Shown here in pieces: positions 9,625-20,553 of a stretch of 64,000 bases of DNA. Position numbers and translations under genes: made by a program. Each line of letters begins with the position of its first letter. Position 1 is the first letter of the stretch. The notes under the pieces were generated by a model that did not search any database, was not told the DNA's origin, and worked only from the letters and a program-made list of their open reading frames with translations. Source of the stretch: an uncultured delta proteobacterium (GTDB lineage: Bacteria > Desulfobacterota > Desulfobaccia > Desulfobaccales > 0-14-0-80-60-11); the NCBI GenBank assembly GCA_963812015.1, contig CAWETI010000002.1:1568001-1632000 (forward strand), given 5' to 3'.

Positions 9625-10584
9625 GTGCTGATCACCGGCGGGGCGGGGATGATCGGCAGCACCATAGCCCACCTGGCGGTGACCCGGGGGGCCCGGGTCA
9701 GCATCCTGGATGCCATGTTGCCCCTGTATGGGGGAAACCGGTACAATCTCCGAGGTATTCTCGATCAGGTGGAGTTCATCCAGGGAGATATTCGGGACCT
9801 GGAGCTGATGCGGCGGGTGGTGCCCGGATACGATTATATTTTCAGTCTAGCCGGCCAGGTGAGTTACGTGGACAGCAACACCGATCCCCTCCTGGACCTG
9901 GATATCAACTGCAAGGGGCACCTCCAGGTGTTGGAGGCCTGCCGATTGGAGAACTCCCAGGCCAGGCTGCTCTTTGCCAGTTCCCGGTTTGTCTATGGCC
10001 GGATCGAGTACAACCCGGTGGATGAAAACCACCCGTTTAACTGTCTGAGCATCTACGGCATCCACAAGCTGGCGGGGGAGAAATATTATCGCTTCTATCA
10101 CGAGGCCTATGGTTTAAAGACCGTGAGCGTGCGCATCGCCAACCCCTACGGACCCCGGCAGCAGATGAAACACAGCAAATACGGCATTGTTAACTGGTTC
10201 ATCCGCCTGGCCCTAGAGGGCCAGCCGTTGACGGTGTTCGGTGACGGGCAGCAGCGCCGGGATTATATCTTCAATGCGGATCTGGCCGAAGGTTGTATGG
10301 CGCTCCTGCTGAGCCCGGGAACCGAGGGCCGGGTCTACAACCTGGGGACCGGCACCGGGGTGCCGTTCATCGAGATGGCGCACCTGGTGGCGGCGGCGGT
10401 GCCCGGCACCGAGGTGCGGCAGGTGGAGTGGCCCCGGGATCGGTACTTTGTGGAAACCGGGGACTACCAGAGCGATATCAGCCGGATCACCGCGGCCTCG
10501 GGTTGGCGGCCCCGAACCAGCCTAAAGGATGGGATTGAGGGCACCGTGGCTTATTATCGGGAACATCGGGAAAAATACTGGTAG
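9625..10584 (+). CDS. NAD-dependent epimerase/dehydratase (extended SDR); true start may lie upstream
   Basis: ITGGAGMIGS Rossmann motif, YGIHK (YxxxK), NPYGP. Confidence 0.9.
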   Translation: MLITGGAGMIGSTIAHLAVTRGARVSILDAMLPLYGGNRYNLRGILDQVEFIQGDIRDLELMRRVVPGYDYIFSLAGQVSYVDSNTDPLLDLDINCKGHLQVLEACRLENSQARLLFASSRFVYGRIEYNPVDENHPFNCLSIYGIHKLAGEKYYRFYHEAYGLKTVSVRIANPYGPRQQMKHSKYGIVNWFIRLALEGQPLTVFGDGQQRRDYIFNADLAEGCMALLLSPGTEGRVYNLGTGTGVPFIEMAHLVAAAVPGTEVRQVEWPRDRYFVETGDYQSDISRITAASGWRPRTSLKDGIEGTVAYYREHREKYW

Positions 10585-10689
10585 CCGGGGTTGGGGTGGA
10601 AATGCCGAGCGTCACCGGAGGGTGATGCTTCGCAGATAATAAAGTTTTGTTCCTTATCCATCTACCGCTAACTTTAAGAAAATAGGCTT

Positions 10690-11688
10690 ATGACGGATTG
10701 GACCTCTGAAGTTAAGAACTATACGTTTCTGGTGACCGGCAGCGCCGGGTTCATCGGGTTTCATGTGGCCCGGAGCTTGCTGGGCCACGGGGCCCGGGTG
10801 GTAGGGCTGGACAACTTCAACGATTACTACTCCCCGGCTTTGAAACATGACCGGGACCGGGAACTGCGCCAGCACCCCAACTTTGTCTCGGTTGCGGCCG
10901 ACCTGGCCGACCTGCCGGCCCTGGAAGCCCTGTTCAGCGCCCACCAGCCCCAGAAAATCTGTCATCTGGCGGCCCAGGCCGGGGTGCGGTACTCCCTGAC
11001 CAACCCCTTTGCCTATCAGAAGTCCAATCTGGAGGGGTTCGTCAATCTCCTGGAGCTGGTCAAAGGCTTTCGGCCGGAGCGCCTGGTCTACGCCTCCAGT
11101 TCCAGTGTCTATGCCGGCCTGACGGAAATGCCTTTTAGCGAGACCCAGAGGGTGGATAGGCCCATCAGTCTCTATGCGGCCACGAAAAAGGCCAATGAAT
11201 TGATGGCCCATGCCTACTCCCACCTGTTTGGCATCCACAGCGTGGGGTTGCGGTTTTTTACGGTGTACGGGCCCTGGGGCCGGCCGGATATGGCCATGTG
11301 GCTGTTCACCGAGGCGATGCTCCAGGGGCAACCCATCAAAGTCTTTAATTATGGGAAAATGCAGCGGGATTTCACCTATATCGATGACATTGTCCAGGGA
11401 GTGGTGGCGGCGTTGATGGCCCCGGGCCTGGACCCTTACGAGATCATTAACCTGGGGAACCACCGGGCCGAAGAACTTCTCAAGGTGATCAGCATCCTGG
11501 AAAGCGAACTGAAGGTCAAGGCGATCCAAGACCTTTTGCCCATACAACCCGGAGATGTCCCGGCCACCTATGCGGATATTGACCGGGCCAGGGCCAAGCT
11601 GGGGTTTCAGCCGCTCACTCCCATTGAGGTCGGGATCCCCCGCTTTGTGCAATGGTATTTTGATTATCACCGCCTGCCACGCCGCTAG
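10690..11688 (+). CDS. UDP-glucuronate 4-epimerase-like NAD-dependent epimerase
   Basis: HLAAQAGVRYS, YASSSSVY, YAATKKANE, FFTVYGPWGRPDMA, RDFTYIDDI. Confidence 0.92.
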   Translation: MTDWTSEVKNYTFLVTGSAGFIGFHVARSLLGHGARVVGLDNFNDYYSPALKHDRDRELRQHPNFVSVAADLADLPALEALFSAHQPQKICHLAAQAGVRYSLTNPFAYQKSNLEGFVNLLELVKGFRPERLVYASSSSVYAGLTEMPFSETQRVDRPISLYAATKKANELMAHAYSHLFGIHSVGLRFFTVYGPWGRPDMAMWLFTEAMLQGQPIKVFNYGKMQRDFTYIDDIVQGVVAALMAPGLDPYEIINLGNHRAEELLKVISILESELKVKAIQDLLPIQPGDVPATYADIDRARAKLGFQPLTPIEVGIPRFVQWYFDYHRLPRR

Positions 11689-11723
11689 TGGCGGGCCCCC
11701 GGGCATAGGAGAGGATAGAGCAC

Positions 11724-13043
11724 GTGACGGATTTACTGGGCAAAATCAAGAATAAGCAGGCGTTGGTGGGCATCATCGGTTTGGGCTATGTGGGACTCCC
11801 GTTGGTGTTGCGTTTCTGTGAGGTGGGATTCCAGGTTCTGGGCTTTGATACGGATGCCAACAAAATAGAACGTCTGAACCGGGGGGAGTCCTATATCAAG
11901 CACATCCCATCCTTCCGGCTGGCGGCTTTGCTTACGCCCCAGGAGGGTACGGGGCGGTTTGCCGCCACTCATGACATGGGGCGCCTGGGGGAACCGGATG
12001 TCTTGATCATCTGCGTGCCCACCCCCCTGACTTCGAAACGGGAGCCAGACCTGCGCTATGTGGAGAACACCACCCGCCAGATTGCCGCCTGCCTGCGCCC
12101 CGGCCAGCTGGTTTCTTTAGAATCCACCACCTACCCCGGCACCACGGCGGAATTGCTTTTGCCCCTTCTGGGCCAGAAGCACAAGGTGGGGGAGGATTTT
12201 TACCTGGTCTTCTCTCCCGAACGGGAAGACCCGGGCAACCCCCAATTCCAGGTGAACACCATCCCCAAGGTGGTGGGCGGGGTGACGCCCGCGTGTTCGG
12301 AGCATGGGGTGGCGCTCTATTCCCAGGTGATCGAACGGGTAATTCCCGTGTCTTCCACCCAGGCGGCGGAGATGAGCAAGCTCCTGGAGAACATCTACCG
12401 GGCGGTGAACATTGCCCTGGTCAATGAACTCAAGATGCTGTGCCTGAGGATGGGGATAGACATCTTTGAAGTCATCGCGGCCTCCAAGACCAAGCCCTTC
12501 GGATTCCAGGCCTTTTATCCCGGGCCGGGTCTGGGAGGGCATTGCATCCCCATCGATCCCTTTTACCTGACCTGGAAGGCCCGGGAATACGATTTTTCCA
12601 CCCGGTTTATCGAACTGGCCGGGGAGATTAACACCTCGATGCCCTATTTCGTGATGCAGCGGGTGATCAAGGCCCTGGGTGACCAAAACAAGGCGCTGAA
12701 CGGCTCCAAGATCCTGGTACTGGGGGTTGCTTACAAGAAGGACGTGGATGATCCCCGGGAGTCCCCCTCCCTCAAGATCATGGACCTGCTCAAGCAGGAG
12801 GGCGCCGAGGTCAGCTATAATGATCCGCACATTCCCCGGTGTGCCGGGATGAGGCATTACCCCCATTTCGACCTGGTGTCGACGCCGCTGGACAAGCGCG
12901 CCCTCAAAGAGTCCGACCTGGTGCTCTTGGTGACGGACCACTCCGCCTATGACTATGCCTGGATCGCCTCCCAGGCCCGGCTGATCGTCGACACCCGGAA
13001 CGCCTTTAAGGGAATCGCCGGCAAGCACATCTACCCGGCCTAA
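11724..13043 (+). CDS. Nucleotide-sugar dehydrogenase (UDP-GlcNAc 6-dehydrogenase, WbpA-like)
   Basis: GLGYVGLP, LESTTYPGTT, SPEREDPGN, GGHCIPIDP. Confidence 0.93.
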   Translation: MTDLLGKIKNKQALVGIIGLGYVGLPLVLRFCEVGFQVLGFDTDANKIERLNRGESYIKHIPSFRLAALLTPQEGTGRFAATHDMGRLGEPDVLIICVPTPLTSKREPDLRYVENTTRQIAACLRPGQLVSLESTTYPGTTAELLLPLLGQKHKVGEDFYLVFSPEREDPGNPQFQVNTIPKVVGGVTPACSEHGVALYSQVIERVIPVSSTQAAEMSKLLENIYRAVNIALVNELKMLCLRMGIDIFEVIAASKTKPFGFQAFYPGPGLGGHCIPIDPFYLTWKAREYDFSTRFIELAGEINTSMPYFVMQRVIKALGDQNKALNGSKILVLGVAYKKDVDDPRESPSLKIMDLLKQEGAEVSYNDPHIPRCAGMRHYPHFDLVSTPLDKRALKESDLVLLVTDHSAYDYAWIASQARLIVDTRNAFKGIAGKHIYPA

Positions 13044-13047
13044 GCAA

Positions 13048-13200
13048 TTTTTGGAGAGGGGGCCAGGGGCCGACGGCCCCTCCCCCCTCTCCCAAACCCT
13101 CTCCCCCAACCCCCATACAGGGGGCTGGGAGGGGAGCTTGAGGGGCGGGCGGGGGAATTTTTCGTATTTTCGTAAGGGCTTCCCCCGGTCCTCCCCTCAA
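13048..13200. repeat. GC-rich multi-hairpin intergenic repeat between convergent genes (probable bidirectional terminator/REP-like element)
   Basis: tttggagagggg..cccctctcccaaa and ttgaggggcgggcgggggaa..ttcccccggtcctcccctcaa imperfect stems. Confidence 0.65.
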
Positions 13201-13212
13201 AACACTCCTGAC

Positions 13213-14562
13213 TCAGGTCATCAGGGCCAGGAGTTCGGCGGTCTTTTCCTTAAGCAGGGCCGGGTCTTGCCGGGTTTCGACATTGAGGCGGAGCACGGGT
13301 TCGGTGTTGGATTTGCGCAGATTGAAACGCCAGGCGGGGAATTCCAGATTGAGGCCGTCGGTGCGGTCGCAGGCGACGGCTTCGGCCTGATAAAGCGCCT
13401 CCACCCGGCGGAGGACTGGACCGGGGTCGGCCACCTTGCGGTTGATTTCACCGCTGACGGGGTAGCGCTGCATTCTCGCCGCCACCAGAGCGGACAAGGA
13501 TTGCCGGCTGCGGCCCATGATCTCAAGGACCAACAACCAGGGAATCATACCGCTGTCACAGTAGGCGAAGTCCCGGAAGTAGTGGTGGCCCGACATTTCC
13601 CCGCCGTAGAGGGCGTTTTCGGCCCGCATTCTCTCCTTGATGAAGGCATGCCCGGTCTTACTCATGACCGGGCGGCCGCCGGCCGCCTCGACCATGTCGA
13701 TGGTATTCCAGGTCAGCCGGGGATCGTGAATGATGGCGGCGCCGGGATGATGCGCCAGCAGCGCCTGGGCGATCAGCCCCACCAGGTAATAGCCCTCGAT
13801 AAAGTTGCCCAGTTCATCAAAAAAGAAACAACGGTCAAAATCGCCGTCCCAGGCCAGGCCCAGCGCCGCCTCATGGTCCCGGACCGCCTGGGCGGTGATG
13901 TGCCGATTCTCGGGCAGCAAGGGGTTGGGCACGCCGTGGGGGAAAGACGGGTCGGGTTCGTGGCAGATCTTGATGAACCGGCAGGGGAGGTGGGGCTCCA
14001 GGGCGTCGAGCACCGGCCCGGCGCAGCCGTTGCCGGCATTGACCACCACCTTGAGGGGTTTCAGTATCTGGGGATCGATATAGCTCAACAGGTGGCCGAT
14101 ATACGCGTTGAGCGGGTCTGTGGCCCGCCGCCCCCCTTTCGGTCCGGGGGAGGCCGGCAACTGCCGGGCGGCGGCCAGCCGTTCGATCTGGTGAAGCCCG
14201 GAGTCGCCGCTGATGGGCCGGGATTGCTCCCGGACGAACTTCATGCCGTTGTATTCGGGGGGGTTGTGGCTGGCGGTGATCATGATGCCCCCGTCCAGGC
14301 CCAGGTGCGAGGTGGAGAAATAGATTTGTTCGGTGCCGCACAGCCCCAACTGCCAGACCTCCACGCCGCAATCGTTGAGGCCCGCGGCCAGGGCCTCGGC
14401 CAGGGGGAGACTGGAGGGGCGCACGTCCCACCCCACCGCCACCCGGGCCGGGGACAGGAACCCGGCGTAGGCCCGGCCGATCCGGTAGGCCAGGTCGGGA
14501 TTGAGTTCCTCGGGGACCCGGCCCCGGACGTCATACGCTTTGAAACAGTTTAGCTTTTGCAT
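13213..14562 (-). CDS. manB: Phosphomannomutase/phosphoglucomutase (CpsG/ManB family)
   Basis: FKAYDVRG, ITASHNP phosphoserine loop, DGDFDR, GEMSGH, SNTEP. Confidence 0.93.
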   Translation of the reverse strand: MQKLNCFKAYDVRGRVPEELNPDLAYRIGRAYAGFLSPARVAVGWDVRPSSLPLAEALAAGLNDCGVEVWQLGLCGTEQIYFSTSHLGLDGGIMITASHNPPEYNGMKFVREQSRPISGDSGLHQIERLAAARQLPASPGPKGGRRATDPLNAYIGHLLSYIDPQILKPLKVVVNAGNGCAGPVLDALEPHLPCRFIKICHEPDPSFPHGVPNPLLPENRHITAQAVRDHEAALGLAWDGDFDRCFFFDELGNFIEGYYLVGLIAQALLAHHPGAAIIHDPRLTWNTIDMVEAAGGRPVMSKTGHAFIKERMRAENALYGGEMSGHHYFRDFAYCDSGMIPWLLVLEIMGRSRQSLSALVAARMQRYPVSGEINRKVADPGPVLRRVEALYQAEAVACDRTDGLNLEFPAWRFNLRKSNTEPVLRLNVETRQDPALLKEKTAELLALMT

Positions 14563-14831
14563 GATTGTCTCTTGTTCAACTATCATAACCGGGCGCTAAA
14601 GGCCAGGGTGAACCACCGCCTTCTTCCCATGGGCCAGGTTTTGCCTTTTTGTTAGGGGGTTGGCATCTCGCAGGTCAGGGACCGGTGGGCCCGGAAATGC
14701 TAAAAATCCGGCGGCGATGGTTGAAAAGAGTCGACAACAACCTGTATCATTACCAGGAGATGGCGCACCATAAAATAACCACACTCGGCCTGCACCTGGA
14801 GGGAGTGGGAGAGAGGACAGGCTCGAACCGG

Positions 14832-15956
14832 ATGATTCATATCTCCAGATCGATGGTGGGACAGGCGGAACTTGAGGCCATGGCCCGGGTCGTGCGCGAA
14901 GATGGCTACCTGGGTATTGGCCGGGAAGTTCGGGCTTTTGAAGAAGAGCTCCAGGAATATCTCGGCGGCCGAGACCGTAAGGTCGTTTGCCTCAATTCCG
15001 GCACCGCGGCCCTGCATCTGGCAGTGCAGGCGGTCACCCAACCCGGGGATGAAGTCCTGGTGCAATCGCTGACCTTTATTGCCTCGTTCCAGGCGATCAG
15101 CGCCGCGGGCGCGGTCCCGGTGGCCTGTGAAGTTTACCCGGAGACGGTAACCCTGGACCTTAAGGACGCCGGCCAAAGAATCACGCCTCGCACCAAAGCC
15201 GTGATGCCGGTCCATTATGCCAGCAACCCCGGGGACCTTGAGGCCATCTATGAGTTTGCCCAGCGTCATGACTTACGGGTGATTGAAGACGCAGCCCATG
15301 CCTTCGGATGCACCTACCAGGGGCGGAAGATCGGCTCGTTTGGCGACCTGGTCTGCTTCAGCTTTGACGGTCTAAAAAATATCACCTGCGGGGAAGGGGG
15401 GGCCGTGGTCACCTCGGACCCCAAGGTGATTCAATCGGTGCAGGATGCCCGCCTGTTGGGGGTGCACCGGGACACCGAAAAGCGGTATCAGGGGGCCCGG
15501 AGTTGGGAGTTTGACGTCCAGCAGCAGGGCTATCGGTACCATCTGAGCAACCTGTTTGCAGCCGTAGGACGGGTCCAGTTGCAGCGTTTTGAAGGGGAAT
15601 TTAAACCGCGGCGCATCGAATTGGCCCAAAAATACCGGTCGGCCTTGACCGGCGCCCCAGATCTAAAATTCTTCCAGGGTGATCCAGGTCCAATTGTTCC
15701 GCATATATTCCCCATCAGGGTGGTAAATGGCAAGCGGGATGGGCTGCGGCAATTTTTGCAGGACCGGGGTATTGAATCCGGCATTCACTATAAGCCGAAT
15801 CATCTCCTGTCATTTTACGGCGGGGCCAAAGGGTTGCTGCCGGTTACCGAAAGGCTCTATGAAGAGTTGTTAACTCTGCCCTTGCATCCCGGGTTGAGGG
15901 ATGAAGATGTTGATCATACCATCGCTGCGGTTATGGAATTCTTGTCTCATGCCTGA
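14832..15956 (+). CDS. DegT/DnrJ/EryC1/StrS family PLP aminotransferase
   Basis: NSGTAALHLA, IEDAAHAFG, SFDGLKNITCGEGG; start placed at MIHISRS. Confidence 0.92.
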   Translation: MIHISRSMVGQAELEAMARVVREDGYLGIGREVRAFEEELQEYLGGRDRKVVCLNSGTAALHLAVQAVTQPGDEVLVQSLTFIASFQAISAAGAVPVACEVYPETVTLDLKDAGQRITPRTKAVMPVHYASNPGDLEAIYEFAQRHDLRVIEDAAHAFGCTYQGRKIGSFGDLVCFSFDGLKNITCGEGGAVVTSDPKVIQSVQDARLLGVHRDTEKRYQGARSWEFDVQQQGYRYHLSNLFAAVGRVQLQRFEGEFKPRRIELAQKYRSALTGAPDLKFFQGDPGPIVPHIFPIRVVNGKRDGLRQFLQDRGIESGIHYKPNHLLSFYGGAKGLLPVTERLYEELLTLPLHPGLRDEDVDHTIAAVMEFLSHA

Positions 15957-15964
15957 GACCAAGT

Positions 15965-17098
15965 TCAGGTTAATAAGGCCTGGACAATCTTTTCTTGATC
16001 TGCTTGACCTAAATAGGGATGCATGGGCAGACTAAAAATGCGCTGTGAAGCGCTTTCGCTAACCGGGAAATCCCCTTTCTTATAGCCCAAGTGAGCAAAA
16101 GCTCTCTGCAGGTGTAAGGGTAAGGGATAATAAATGGCCGTGGGGATTTGGGCATTATGCAATTTCTGCAGCAAAAGCTCCCGTTGCTCGCTGAGCACCG
16201 AATACTGGGCCCAGACTGAGGTGCAATCCTGGGCCACAGAGGGCACCTCCACCACGGTGTTCAGAGCCTCGCCGTACTGCTGGGCCACTCTCTGGCGGGC
16301 CGTCACCTCCTGATCAAAGATTTCCAGCTTGGCCAGGAGCACCGCAGCCTGCAAGGTATCCAGTCGGCCGTTCAAACCGATGCGGACATTCTCATATTTA
16401 TGCTGCCCCTGGCCATGGACCCGGATGGAGCATAAGGCTTCAGCCAGGTCGTCGTCATCGGTAAAAACGGCCCCGCCGTCACCATAGCAGCCTAACGGCT
16501 TGGCCGGGAAAAAGGAGGTGGCGGCCACCTCCGCCAGGGCACCGGCCCGCCTCCCCTTATACGTAGCGCCAAAGGATTGGGCCGCATCTTCCAGGACAAA
16601 CAAGCCATGTCCTTGGACAATGGCATGGATGCGGTCGTAATCCGCAGGTTGGCCGAAGAGGTCCACCGGGATGACCCCTTTGGGTTGGAGATGAGCCGTC
16701 CTGGGGTTTTGCCCCAGGCTGCTGACTGCCTCCGCCAGGGCCTCCGGATCAAGGTTGAAGGTTTTGGGATCAATATCTACAAACACCGGGGTGGCTCCCA
16801 ACAGTTGGATCACTTCGGCGGTGGCGATAAAAGTAAAAGGAGTGGTAAAGATGGCGTCGCCTGGACCTACTCCATAAGCCATCAAGGGCATCAGCAGGGC
16901 ATCGGTGCCGGAAGAGCAGGAGATGGCGTGCTTGACGCCCACATACGTCGCCAGTCTGGTCTCCAATTCTCGGATCTCGGGCCCCATGATATATTGGCCA
17001 TGGGCCAGGACGCGTTGGATGTTCTCTTTGAGTAGGGCAGAAATTCTCTGTCGTTGAGCTTTCAGATCAATAAAGTCCATGCGTTTTTCAGAGGTCAC
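15965..17098 (-). CDS. DegT/DnrJ family aminotransferase (WbpE-like)
   Basis: FIDLKAQ, SGTDAL, EDAAQSFGA, SFFPAKPLGCYGDGG. Confidence 0.93.
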   Translation of the reverse strand: MTSEKRMDFIDLKAQRQRISALLKENIQRVLAHGQYIMGPEIRELETRLATYVGVKHAISCSSGTDALLMPLMAYGVGPGDAIFTTPFTFIATAEVIQLLGATPVFVDIDPKTFNLDPEALAEAVSSLGQNPRTAHLQPKGVIPVDLFGQPADYDRIHAIVQGHGLFVLEDAAQSFGATYKGRRAGALAEVAATSFFPAKPLGCYGDGGAVFTDDDDLAEALCSIRVHGQGQHKYENVRIGLNGRLDTLQAAVLLAKLEIFDQEVTARQRVAQQYGEALNTVVEVPSVAQDCTSVWAQYSVLSEQRELLLQKLHNAQIPTAIYYPLPLHLQRAFAHLGYKKGDFPVSESASQRIFSLPMHPYLGQADQEKIVQALLT

Positions 17099-17257
17099 GG
17101 TTTCTTCATCCCCAGTGCCGGCGTTATCTCGGCCGGTAAAAAGTGAGTCCCTTTACTACCGGTTGACGGGAAATTTTTTATTTTTTCATATTTTCATAAA
17201 GGGGACAGATAATGAACGTTTTCTTTAAAAGGTGGCCAGCCGGCCTCCCTCTAAAGA

Positions 17258-17412
17258 CCTGCTCATCCGTCCGCTTTCTCACCCGACACCCAGGTTGCTT
17301 GAAAGGCGTGCCCTATCCTCGGATGGCCAGGCAGAATATACCACGATCCCCTAATTTGGAGAAGAAGCTAAATTTCCTCACTCAACATGGTGCAAATTTG
17401 GGGGATAGACCA
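17258..17412 (+). mobile_element. Orphan right end of an IS3-family element (diverged relative of 40288-40442)
   Basis: Colinear similarity with the non-coding 3' part of the IS3 remnant (catccgtc.gctt, caggttgct, tatcctc, cagaatatacca, ctcactcaa.atggt.caaa..ggggg..CA). Confidence 0.75.
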
Positions 17413-17630
17413 GAACGCACGCGGCCACCAAATAACCTGGCCAAAAGTGGCAGGAACTACTATTCGTTAAAAGCTCTGGTAAAATCCGTTCTGCCTGCCA
17501 TAATGAAAGCAGCGCCTAATTTCAACATGATAAAAATATGAGATGCTTCGTTCGGCTCAGAATGAAATTTTTCTTTCCAGGTGTTTAAGGATAAATTAAG
17601 CCAATTTCTCGCGCCAGGATGGGTTAAGAG

Positions 17631-18560
17631 ATGATCGAGACCAAGAGTCGTCTAGATGTGGGCCAGCCGGAGGAGATTGCCCCCGGCCCGGGGTGGAAGG
17701 GGATCATTTTGGCCGGCGGCGCCGGAACCCGCCTCTATCCCGTGACCCAGGTGGTCAGCAAGCAACTCCTGCCCGTCTATGACAAACCCATGATTTATTA
17801 TCCCTTGTCCACCCTCATGCTGGCCGGCATCCGGGAGATTCTGATCATCTCCACCCCTGAGGACCTGCCCAGGTTCAAGACCCTGTTGGGTGACGGGGCG
17901 CAATTGGGTTTGCGCTTCAGTTATGCGGAACAACCCCGCCCCGAAGGCTTGGCTCAGGCTTTCATCATCGGTAAGGAATTCATCGGCCAGGATCGGGTCT
18001 GCCTCATTTTGGGGGACAACATTTTTTATGGCCACGGGCTTGAGGAGATCCTGAAACGGGGGGTGCAGTTGACCGAGGGGGGCCTGGTGTTCGGCTATCG
18101 GGTCAAAGATCCAGAAAGGTACGGCGTGGTTGAATTTGACGAAACTGGCCAGGTCCTGGATATCGTGGAAAAGCCGGTAAAGCCGAGATCGTCCATTGCC
18201 GTGGCCGGCCTTTATTTTTACGACAACCGGGTGGTGGAAATCGCCTCGCGGCTTAGGCCTTCCGCCCGGGGAGAATTGGAGATCACCGACGTCAATAAGG
18301 TCTACCTGGAAAAGGGGGAGTTGCGGGTGGAGGTGTTGGGCCGGGGTTTCGCCTGGCTGGATACGGGGACCCACGAATCGCTCCTGGAGGCCTCCACCTT
18401 CATTGAGACCATCGAGAAGCGCCAGGGTCTCAAAATCGCCTGCATCGAAGAAATCGCTCATCACCTAGGCTTTATCGACGCCGGGCAACTACGCCGGCTG
18501 GCCGAACCGTTGCGGAAGAACGGCTACGGCCAGTACCTGCTAAAGATCTTATCGGAATGA
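17631..18560 (+). CDS. rfbA: Glucose-1-phosphate thymidylyltransferase
   Basis: [43 protein letters not shown]. Confidence 0.97.
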   Translation: MIETKSRLDVGQPEEIAPGPGWKGIILAGGAGTRLYPVTQVVSKQLLPVYDKPMIYYPLSTLMLAGIREILIISTPEDLPRFKTLLGDGAQLGLRFSYAEQPRPEGLAQAFIIGKEFIGQDRVCLILGDNIFYGHGLEEILKRGVQLTEGGLVFGYRVKDPERYGVVEFDETGQVLDIVEKPVKPRSSIAVAGLYFYDNRVVEIASRLRPSARGELEITDVNKVYLEKGELRVEVLGRGFAWLDTGTHESLLEASTFIETIEKRQGLKIACIEEIAHHLGFIDAGQLRRLAEPLRKNGYGQYLLKILSE

Positions 18561-18764
18561 ACCGGCGGCCGGCATAGCCTAAGATACAGCTATGACAACC
18601 ATATCAAGTAGTTATATTTTGGATTGAAACCGCGCATAGACAGCAGGTATCTTCAATCCCCCAGATTTTTAATTCCATCCTGCCACCGCTGGATCATTGC
18701 TGGGCGGCAGCCTTAGCGGTGCCAGTCTTAATGCCTATTTCGGCGAACTCCCAACTCTGAACCC

Positions 18765-19649
18765 TTACCTTTTGCTTCCTTCCGTTCCGCCCGACGAGCC
18801 ACTCATTTTGCCCAAGTCAATGAAGGGGACGGCTCCTCCAGAGACTTGAGGTAAAATCCCGTTCCATTTCTCGATACCCTTGTACTGCACGAGGATCGGG
18901 GTGATCGACCGTGATAGGGCATCATTGGCTTTGGCCTGTCCCTGAGCCACCACTAGAATGGATTCAGCCTCTCCTTTTGCCGTGGCAACCTTTTGCTGAG
19001 CTTCAATCTCGCGTTGGGCCAAAACCTGTCTCTGCGTTTCGACTTGTTGCTGGGCCACTTGTTTGGCCTCGATGGCCCCTTCATATTCGGGAGAGAATCG
19101 GATATTGGCAAAGTAGATGTCATCGACGATGATGTGATACCTCGCCAGATTATCTCCCAATTTTGTCATCGCCCTCTTCCGGATCTCCTCCCTTTTGGGA
19201 AGAATCTCCCCGATCGGGTAGGTCGGCACAACCTCCTTGACGAAGTCGTTGAAAGCCGGGTCGATCACTTTGTCAGCAAAATCGAGCCCCACTTTCTGGT
19301 AAAGGTCATTGACATAAGCCGGATCGATGTGGAAGTTCATCATTCCCGTCATTTTCACATTCTGGTATTCTTTTGAAGAGGCATCGATCTCCTTGAACGG
19401 ATGGGGTTGAACCTTGACATCCACCTTGATGACTCTTTCGGCAACGGGAACTATGAAATTGAGCCCCTCCCCCATGATTCTCTTCTCTACACTCCCCCAC
19501 CAGAGAACAACACCCCTGTGGCCAGCCGGGACGATGACAAAGGTGCTCCAACCCAGGATAAGGATGATGATAAGCAAAATGAGCATTCCAACATTTCGTG
19601 GCCTCGGCTTTTTGAATTCAGCTATGTTTATGATTCTTTCCACCATCAT
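18765..19649 (-). CDS. SPFH/prohibitin (band 7) family membrane protein
   Basis: N-terminal TM, VPAGHRGV, EGLNF..P, AIEAKQVAQQ coiled coil, KWNG.LP. Confidence 0.9.
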   Translation of the reverse strand: MMVERIINIAEFKKPRPRNVGMLILLIIILILGWSTFVIVPAGHRGVVLWWGSVEKRIMGEGLNFIVPVAERVIKVDVKVQPHPFKEIDASSKEYQNVKMTGMMNFHIDPAYVNDLYQKVGLDFADKVIDPAFNDFVKEVVPTYPIGEILPKREEIRKRAMTKLGDNLARYHIIVDDIYFANIRFSPEYEGAIEAKQVAQQQVETQRQVLAQREIEAQQKVATAKGEAESILVVAQGQAKANDALSRSITPILVQYKGIEKWNGILPQVSGGAVPFIDLGKMSGSSGGTEGSKR

Positions 19650-19929
19650 TTCACCTCATCTGGGTGTCTTAACTGAGATTATGCGCTACCTATCGACCCA
19701 ATTCCAAAATTATGGGACCTGTTCCCCTAAGTTTAAGCCATAAAATGACCCTCTTCGCGAAGGCAACCCTGCTCCTAGGAAGCATGATAGCACAAAATTT
19801 TGTAAGAGACTAACTTTCCCCCAGATTTCAGGGATACCCCATTATATTTCACCATACATCATCGATTTACCGGCCTAAATATAAATTCAGATTACCTGAC
19901 AATTGGTAGCAGAATGAAATCCCAGGAAT

Positions 19930-20553
19930 TTAAAATGTCTGGTGATGACGCTGAAGCGTAGCGAAAAGTTGGGTAGCCCGGATCTCCTGGCCGCTGGCAG
20001 CGACGCCCACGCCCAGGTGGGTGTAGTCCGGGCAGAGGATGTTCTCCCGGTGGCCGGAGCTCGACATCCAGGAATTCATAATGGTCCGTGCCAGGGCCTC
20101 GCGGTCGGCGGCTGACAGGTTGGAACCCTCCCAGATGTTTTCCCCCCAGCCGTAGATGGGGCCGGAGTAAAAGGGCCTGAGCCGCTCCTGGGCAGTCAGG
20201 CCCTCGGGATTGGTGTGGCTGAAGAAGCGGCGCCGCAGCATGTCATCGCAATAGGTCTGGGAGACCATTGCGAGTGTGCCTTCCTGGCCCACGGGGGGAA
20301 GGCCGTATTGCCGACGGACGTCATTGGTTAAGCGCCAGATCCGGTCTTCCACGTCCCGGAGGTGGACCGTGCCTTGGGACCAGGGCTGCATGGGGGCCGG
20401 GGCCTGGACACCCCAGGCCGATGGCGGCGAATATGGCTGGGCCTGGTACGGTTGCAATGGAAATAGGCCACAGCCCGCGCAGACCACCAGGGCGGCCAGA
20501 GAGGTGGTCACAGCCAGGGCAAATTTTATTGATTTTCTGACCTTTGATTTCAT
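19930..20553 (-). CDS. CAP/SCP domain lipoprotein
   Basis: Lipobox-like CAGC; TN..R...GL, FFSH, GENI, WM.S.GHRENIL, HLGVGV. Confidence 0.88.
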   Translation of the reverse strand: MKSKVRKSIKFALAVTTSLAALVVCAGCGLFPLQPYQAQPYSPPSAWGVQAPAPMQPWSQGTVHLRDVEDRIWRLTNDVRRQYGLPPVGQEGTLAMVSQTYCDDMLRRRFFSHTNPEGLTAQERLRPFYSGPIYGWGENIWEGSNLSAADREALARTIMNSWMSSSGHRENILCPDYTHLGVGVAASGQEIRATQLFATLQRHHQTF

